DNA from: an uncultured bacterium
GTDB lineage: Bacteria > Hydrothermota > E44-bin80
NCBI GenBank assembly: GCA_965369615.1
Contig: CBDUQV010000001.1
Span: 1-33,322 of the forward strand
Direction: 5' to 3'
DNA length: 33,322 nt
The notes under the pieces were generated by a model. It searched no databases and was not told the origin of the DNA. It worked only from the letters and a program-made list of their open reading frames with translations. This document shows positions 24,851-30,225 of this stretch, in pieces; the stretch's first letter is position 1; every line of letters starts with the position of its first letter. Made by a program: the position numbers and the translations under genes.

Positions 24851-25964
24851 GTTAAGCAGGAACAATCTCCTGCACAATATCAGCACTATAAGAAATCTAA
24901 TTGGAGCAAAGAGAAAATTAATGGCAGTGGTGAAATCTAATGCATATGGTCATGGCATTATTGAAACAGCAAATATGTGTTTGAAGGGAGATATTGACTG
25001 GTTTGGAGTCAATTCAATTGAGGAAGGAATAACATTAAGAGAAAATAACATAACCCTTCCTATTCTCATTCTCGGCTATGTCGCTTTACATGATCTCGAG
25101 AATGTTGCACATCATAATCTCCGGATGACTGTTTACAATATACAAACAGCAAAGGGGCTTGACGCGTTGGGAAAAACACTGCAGAAGGAAATCCCTGTTC
25201 ATATTAAAATCGAAACAGGTACAAATAGGCAGGGCGTCCACGGAAAGAATCTGTCTGAACTATTGGATTTTATCAACGGGAGTTCCTCGATAAAACTTGA
25301 GGGTATTTCAATGCACTTCGCAAACATAGAGGATACAACAGATCATTCATACGCTCAAGCCCAACTTGATACATTCAGGAAAATTGAGAATGAATTCTTT
25401 CCGAACGAATCAACGCTCATCAAGCATGCGGCATGTACTGCTGCAATTCTACTTTTCAAAGAAACGCACTTTGAGATGGTCCGTGGAGGAATTGGCATCT
25501 ATGGGCTCTGGCCATCTAAACAAACAAAACTCTCCTGTTCAATGAAGGATGAAAATATCCCGGAACTCAAACCGGTGCTTACGTGGAAAACAAAAATTGC
25601 TCAAATAAAAAATGTTCTTGATGGTTCCTACATCAGCTACGGCTGTACGTACCGAACGACACGTGATTCAAGAATAGCAGTACTTCCCGTTGGCTACTAC
25701 GATGGGTATGTACGTGCTTTCTCAAATATATCACATGTCCTCATTAAAGGAAGAAGAGCGCCAATCAGAGGAAGGGTGTGTATGAACATTATTCTCGCAG
25801 ATGTCACTGACATTAAGGATGTACATCTTGAAGATGAAGTTGTTCTTCTCGGAAAACAGAGAGATGAAGAAATTACCGCAGATTACCTCGCAAACCTCGC
25901 TGGAACCATAAACTACGAGATCGTCACCAACATCAACCCAGCATTAAAGAGAAAAATTGTTTAA
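24822..25964 (+). CDS. alr: alanine racemase
   Basis: PLP-lysine motif AVVKSNAYGHG, plus RGGIGIYGLWPS and VGYYDGY. The start is uncertain. I prefer the TTG at 24822, 4 nt after AGGAGG, giving 380 aa. The track's ATG at 24729 would overlap the upstream gene by 122 nt. Confidence 0.85.
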   Translation: MRKSHLNWVELSRNNLLHNISTIRNLIGAKRKLMAVVKSNAYGHGIIETANMCLKGDIDWFGVNSIEEGITLRENNITLPILILGYVALHDLENVAHHNLRMTVYNIQTAKGLDALGKTLQKEIPVHIKIETGTNRQGVHGKNLSELLDFINGSSSIKLEGISMHFANIEDTTDHSYAQAQLDTFRKIENEFFPNESTLIKHAACTAAILLFKETHFEMVRGGIGIYGLWPSKQTKLSCSMKDENIPELKPVLTWKTKIAQIKNVLDGSYISYGCTYRTTRDSRIAVLPVGYYDGYVRAFSNISHVLIKGRRAPIRGRVCMNIILADVTDIKDVHLEDEVVLLGKQRDEEITADYLANLAGTINYEIVTNINPALKRKIV

Positions 25965-25969
25965 AAACG

Positions 25970-25993
25970 TAGCCACGGTTTCTGCACGGTAAA
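25970..25993. repeat. left arm of the inverted repeat flanking the GxxExxY gene
   Basis: TAGCCACGGTTTCTGCACGGTAAA. Its reverse complement TTTACCGTGCAGAAACCGTGGCTA matches 26492-26516 at 23 of 25 aligned positions, with one indel and one mismatch. Confidence 0.8.
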
Positions 25994-25999
25994 TATGTT

Positions 26000-26368
26000 A
26001 TGAAATTAGTTGATAGAGAATTAACAGGAAAGATCATTCAAGGCTTCCATGAAGTTCACCGTATTTTGGGACCAGGATATCTTGAGTCAATTTACAGCAA
26101 TGCTCTTGTTATAGAGCTTCAAAAGGGAAGTATAAAGTGTGAAACAGAGAGGCTTGTCGAGATTTATTATTGTGAAAAGAAGGTTGGTGAGCATCGCCTG
26201 GATTTGCTTGTCGAAGACAAAGTTATTGTAGAGTTAAAAGCAGTAAAAGAATTTCATCCTATTCATACTGCACAAATTATTTCGTACTTAAAAGCTACAG
26301 GAGTAAAAATTGCCCTTTTGGTTAATTTTAGTAAAGATAAAATTGAGTATAATCGTTTCATTTTATAG
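26000..26368 (+). CDS. GxxExxY protein (small PD-(D/E)XK nuclease superfamily member)
   Basis: 122 aa. LGPGYLESIY is the GxxExxY signature. RLDLLVEDKVIVELKAV supplies the D...E-x-K core. Size is typical. Confidence 0.85.
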   Translation: MKLVDRELTGKIIQGFHEVHRILGPGYLESIYSNALVIELQKGSIKCETERLVEIYYCEKKVGEHRLDLLVEDKVIVELKAVKEFHPIHTAQIISYLKATGVKIALLVNFSKDKIEYNRFIL

Positions 26369-26433
26369 TGATTACCAAAGTTTCCCTGTCGGTTCAGAGA
26401 TTGTTCATCATTATTGGTGCTATGAACTAAAAA

Positions 26434-26450
26434 AGTAACCGTGGCTAAAA
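26434..26450. repeat. 17-nt direct copy of the inner half of the right inverted-repeat arm
   Basis: AGTAACCGTGGCTAAAA at 26434-26450 is identical to 26503-26519. Confidence 0.8.
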
Positions 26451-26491
26451 GGTTTAGTTTTGGTGATGTGGAGGGTAACATGAAATTTGAG

Positions 26492-26516
26492 TTTAACCGT
26501 GCAGTAACCGTGGCTA
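26492..26516. repeat. right arm of the inverted repeat flanking the GxxExxY gene
   Basis: TTTAACCGTGCAGTAACCGTGGCTA. It contains an internal direct repeat AACCGTG-N4-AACCGTG. Confidence 0.8.
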
Positions 26517-26532
26517 AAAAAAGGAGGGGTAT

Positions 26533-27072
26533 ATGAAAGTACTTGTTGTTAGTGACAGCCATGGAGCGCTTGAAAATATTAAGAATCTTTCGAACGCAGC
26601 AAGGGAAGAGAACGTAACGAAAATAATCCATCTTGGTGATGATTACGATGATGCGGATTTACTCATTGATAAAAATATTTCTATTGAACGAGTACCAGGT
26701 GTGTTTAGCTCATATTACACAGAGAAGGATATTCCAAACAGAAAGATAATCGAAATTGAGGGGTGGAAATTCCTCTTGACCCATACGAGGAATCGACATG
26801 AAAACGATCTGACCAATGATTTACGCCCTGAAGACCAGATACGAAATGGTTCTATCGATATTGTACTATACGGTCATACACACGTTTCCGCTATTGGAAT
26901 AGAAGGTGCAATATATCTCATCAATCCAGGTCATCTTAAATCAGACGATAAACACGGATTTAAACCGAGTTATGCTATTCTGGACATTACAAAGGATTCA
27001 ATCGATGTTATCATAAAAGAATTGAATACTCAAAATATTCTATTGAGGGAACATATTAAAAGGCAGAAATAA
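26533..27072 (+). CDS. YfcE/MJ0936-type metallophosphoesterase
   Basis: 179 aa, AGGAGGGG SD. Motifs VVSDSHG, HLGDD, LLTHT and LYGHTH are present. The GN(H/C)D motif is not evident; PGVFSS sits in its place. Confidence 0.75.
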   Translation: MKVLVVSDSHGALENIKNLSNAAREENVTKIIHLGDDYDDADLLIDKNISIERVPGVFSSYYTEKDIPNRKIIEIEGWKFLLTHTRNRHENDLTNDLRPEDQIRNGSIDIVLYGHTHVSAIGIEGAIYLINPGHLKSDDKHGFKPSYAILDITKDSIDVIIKELNTQNILLREHIKRQK

Positions 27073-27110
27073 ACTTCATGGCGTACTGCTGTTAAAAAGG
27101 ATATTTAACC

Positions 27111-27434
27111 ATGACAAAGGAAAAATACTGCATTGTGTATGTTACATTTCCTAAAAAACAGATTGCAAAAGACATTGCTAAAATTCTTATTCGGGAAAAA
27201 CTCATTGCGTGCGCTAACATCTTCAAAATTGACTCACTGTACACCTGGAAAGGAAAACTTGAAGAGGATAGTGAATATAGCGCTTTTTTAAAAACACGCA
27301 AAGACCTTTACGCGAAGATTGAAAAGCGAATTTTTGAACTTCATCCTTACGAATGCCCTGAAATTATCCAAATCCCAATAAACAGGGGTTACTCAGATTT
27401 TCTCAAGTGGATAGCAGATGAAACAGAGAGGTGA
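27111..27434 (+). CDS. cutA: divalent-cation tolerance protein CutA
   Basis: 107 aa. Motifs KLIACANI, SLYTWKGKLEEDSEY and LHPYECPEII are typical CutA1 signatures. Confidence 0.9.
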   Translation: MTKEKYCIVYVTFPKKQIAKDIAKILIREKLIACANIFKIDSLYTWKGKLEEDSEYSAFLKTRKDLYAKIEKRIFELHPYECPEIIQIPINRGYSDFLKWIADETER

Positions 27435-27524
27435 GGTAGCCGCAGGTTTCCACCTACGCTAGTCCCCTACGTTGAAACTTCGGCGGACAGGCTTTGTGAA
27501 TTTAGGAAATTAAAAAATTACCAC

Positions 27525-27553
27525 TTGACACGTTACAGGTTACATGTTACAAC
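27525..27553 (+). promoter_or_regulatory. higBA promoter with an embedded triple GTTACA repeat (probable operator)
   Basis: TTGACA (27525-27530), a 17-nt spacer ending in TGT, then TACAAC (27548-27553). GTTACA occurs at 27532, 27539 and 27546 with a 7-nt period. The ATG at 27561 is 8 nt after the -10, and there is no SD. Confidence 0.5.
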
Positions 27554-27560
27554 ATAAACA

Positions 27561-27839
27561 ATGATAAAATCCTTTAAGCATAAAGGACTCAAGTTGCTCT
27601 TTGAAGTTGGGAATAGAAAAGGGATTAGCCCGGAACACGCAAAAAAAATTGCAAGGATATTAGATCGTTTAGATGCTTCCTCTGGTCCAAAAGATATGAA
27701 TCTTCCGGGATATATACTTCATAAGCTTACAGGAACGGAAGAAGGTAACTGGTCGGTCTGGATAAGCAGAAATTGGAGAATAACTTTTCAATTTGAAGGC
27801 AAAGATGCGATAGCGGTTGACTATCGTGATTATCATTAG
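27561..27839 (+). CDS. higB: HigB-type toxin (RelE/ParE superfamily, killer protein family)
   Basis: 92 aa. MIKSFKHKGLKLLFE...LDRLDA...LHKLTG...WSVWISRNWRITFQFEGKDAIAVDYRDYH matches the family pattern. The toxin precedes the antitoxin, as in higBA. Confidence 0.85.
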   Translation: MIKSFKHKGLKLLFEVGNRKGISPEHAKKIARILDRLDASSGPKDMNLPGYILHKLTGTEEGNWSVWISRNWRITFQFEGKDAIAVDYRDYH

Positions 27840-27852
27840 GAGGTAAATTAAT

Positions 27853-28149
27853 ATGATACCTAAAAGAAAACCAACACATCCTGGAGAAGTTTTATTGGAG
27901 GATGTTATTAAACCCTTGGGGCTTACAATAACTGAGGCTGCAAAGGGTTTAGGTGTTAGCCGAAAAGCTCTCTCTGAATTGGTTAACGGCAGGTCGGATT
28001 TAAGTCCTCAAATGGCGGTAAGAATAGCAGAAGCAACCAACACAAGTCCTGAGAGCTGGCTTGATATGCAGTCAAAACTGGACTTGTGGAAAGCCCTGAA
28101 AAACAAGCCGGATAATATAATTAGCTTTTCGCAAAAAGCAACTATTTGA
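27853..28149 (+). CDS. higA: HigA-type antitoxin (XRE-family HTH)
   Basis: 98 aa, GGAGG SD. HPGEVLLEDVIKPLGLTITEAAKGLGVSRKALSELVNGRSDLSPQMAVRIAEA is the HigA/VapI pattern. Confidence 0.9.
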   Translation: MIPKRKPTHPGEVLLEDVIKPLGLTITEAAKGLGVSRKALSELVNGRSDLSPQMAVRIAEATNTSPESWLDMQSKLDLWKALKNKPDNIISFSQKATI

Positions 28150-28168
28150 AATCTACATTCCTTTTTTA

Positions 28169-28197
28169 GGTTATTCGAATCGACAGTTTGGTATACT
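28169..28197 (+). promoter_or_regulatory. candidate extended -10 promoter for the methionine operon
   Basis: TGG-TATACT at 28189-28197, with only a weak -35 (GGTTAT). If used, the 5' UTR is about 185 nt. A separate TTGACA at 28262-28267 lacks a convincing -10. Confidence 0.3.
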
Positions 28198-28388
28198 GGT
28201 TAATCAGTTAATTAGTAACAAGAGAAGCTACAATATATACATGCCCTACATGTTAAACAATTTGACAGATTATTATCTTCTAAATTTAGCTTATTGCCTC
28301 ACTGGAAATTTGAGAGAATGTCTGGAGTGGTTTATTGGATGAGACAGATGGGACGTAGTTAAAGTCCGCTAAAGGGAGGGAATGAATT

Positions 28389-30221
28389 ATGGAGCTGGCA
28401 AAATATCTTGAAAGAAATTACATTATTGCAGATGGTGCAATGGGAACCACGCTGTACAAAAAAGGTTTCTCGTCAAAGAAACCTTTTGCTATGGTAAACA
28501 CCGACAATCCGGGGCTTATTATGGAAATCCATACAGAGTTCGTAGAAGCCGGAGCAGAACTTCTTGTAACCAATACCTTTGATGCAAATATATTTAAGCT
28601 CGATCCATATGTCGATTTTAAGGGCATCAGGGAAGTCAATAAAAAAGGAGCCGAGTTAGCTAAAAAGGTTGCCGGTGATCGTAAATGGGTTGCGGGGTCA
28701 GTTGGTCCATCCGGTAAAACATTCTCTCTCCTTGAGCAAGATGAAAAAGAATGGTTTAAGGAAAGCCTTATCGAGCAAGTTGAAGGTCTTATTGATGGCG
28801 GTGTAGACGCTCTCCTTGTTGAAACGCAGATAGGAATAAATGAAGCTCTCTTCACCATTGATTCAATAGAAAAAAGCAGAAAAGGCGTTCCCATTATTCT
28901 CTCATTCACTTTTACTGAAGGCTTGAGAACTCCTTCAGGTGAAACGGTTGAAAAAGTCATCGATGCATCAAAAGACCTCTCGCTTCTCGGTATAGGAGCA
29001 AATCATGGCATCGGACCACTCCAGTTCTTGGAGCTCATGCCGCTTTTTCTTGAGAAAACTAATGCACCAGTTTGCTTTATGCCTAATTCAGGTGTTCCCC
29101 GCTACATCGATGGAACCTTCGTATTCCCCGCGTCAAGTGAACACTTTGCGAGATATGCACGCGAATTCATAAAAAAAGGTATCAAAATCGTGGGTGGTTG
29201 CTGTGGAACTACACCAGATTATATACATTTGCTTGTTTCTATGCTTAAATCTAAATCTGGAAGATCCCTTCATTTTCTCTTTGTTGAAGAAGAGGAAGTA
29301 GAGACACAGGAAGTTGCTGTAAAAGAGAAGGTTAAAAACATTGTTGAAGAACAGATCAATTCGAAATCACTTGTTGTTGTTGAAGTCTCTCCCCCAAAAG
29401 GTGCATATATTAAAAAAAGCATTTCATGGATCGAGAAAATCAAAGAATTTGGTGTTGACGCAGTAAGTATTCTTGATTCTCCAATGGCAAGAGTGCGTAT
29501 GAATCCCGTTGCCTTCTCGCACCTTGTGAAAGAGAGAGGTCTCGAATCAATACCACACTTCGCCCTGAGGGACAGGAGCCTGACGAGAATCCAGTCTGAT
29601 CTCATCGCTGCCTGTGCGCTCGGATTGGATAACATCTTTGCCATTTCAGGAGATCCCCCTTCTCTCGGTGACTACCCTCAATCAACAGCCGTATACGACA
29701 TTACATCTCCGGGACTTATAAAACTTATCAAACTGCTGAATACGGGAAAAGATTTTGCCGGAAATGTGTACACAAATCCGACTTCCTTCTATGTCGGAGC
29801 AGCAATCAATCCTTCTCCCCCTGATTTAGAAAAAGAAATCGCCAAGATAAACGAAAAGATTGAAGTTGGGACAGATTACTTTGTTACTCAACCACTTTTT
29901 GATTCTAAAACATTATTTGGTTTTACTGAAAAGGTCAATCTAAAAAATGTTCCACTTGTTCTCAACATCTTTATTCCGAAAAGCAAAAAACAGTTTGAAT
30001 ACATTGCACATGAGGTTCCGGGCATTCAAGTTCCAGAAAATATAATGAAGATGGTTGAGGAAAAAGAAGATTGGTTGTCATTCCTTCAGGATGAACTCGT
30101 CAAGGTTCTTGTGGAGTTAAAACCTATTATCTCCGGGCTCTACGTCGCTGTTCCGCGAGGAGGAACTGCATATCTCCGTCCTTTCATGGAGGAAATTAAA
30201 GGAAAAAAATGGGGGCTGTAG
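28389..30221 (+). CDS. bifunctional homocysteine S-methyltransferase-domain / 5,10-methylenetetrahydrofolate reductase protein (B. subtilis YitJ-like architecture)
   Basis: 610 aa, AAGGGAGGG SD. N-terminal Hcy-binding domain (IIADGAMGT, LLVTNTF, VGGCCGTTPDYI). C-terminal MetF-like half (VVEVSPPKG, ISGDPPSLGDY, YFVTQPLFD). Confidence 0.85.
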   Translation: MELAKYLERNYIIADGAMGTTLYKKGFSSKKPFAMVNTDNPGLIMEIHTEFVEAGAELLVTNTFDANIFKLDPYVDFKGIREVNKKGAELAKKVAGDRKWVAGSVGPSGKTFSLLEQDEKEWFKESLIEQVEGLIDGGVDALLVETQIGINEALFTIDSIEKSRKGVPIILSFTFTEGLRTPSGETVEKVIDASKDLSLLGIGANHGIGPLQFLELMPLFLEKTNAPVCFMPNSGVPRYIDGTFVFPASSEHFARYAREFIKKGIKIVGGCCGTTPDYIHLLVSMLKSKSGRSLHFLFVEEEEVETQEVAVKEKVKNIVEEQINSKSLVVVEVSPPKGAYIKKSISWIEKIKEFGVDAVSILDSPMARVRMNPVAFSHLVKERGLESIPHFALRDRSLTRIQSDLIAACALGLDNIFAISGDPPSLGDYPQSTAVYDITSPGLIKLIKLLNTGKDFAGNVYTNPTSFYVGAAINPSPPDLEKEIAKINEKIEVGTDYFVTQPLFDSKTLFGFTEKVNLKNVPLVLNIFIPKSKKQFEYIAHEVPGIQVPENIMKMVEEKEDWLSFLQDELVKVLVELKPIISGLYVAVPRGGTAYLRPFMEEIKGKKWGL

Positions 30222-30225
30222 AAGG

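Noticed and set aside
28241-28342. 33-codon upstream ORF (MPYMLNNLTDYYLLNLAYCLTGNLRECLEWFIG) in the methionine-operon leader, considered as a leader peptide.
   Set aside because: It has no SD and no run of Met or Cys codons that would suggest attenuation. Chance ORFs of this length are expected in such DNA.
28150-28388. Specific riboswitch calls (SAM-I, SMK box, T-box, cobalamin, THF) for the methionine leader.
   Set aside because: Only fragmentary resemblances were found: GAGUGGU versus the T-box UGGN region, CUCACUGG versus the B12 box, and GGGAC...GUCCGCU versus the THF pseudoknot. The surrounding conserved cores are absent, so I report only an unexplained long leader.
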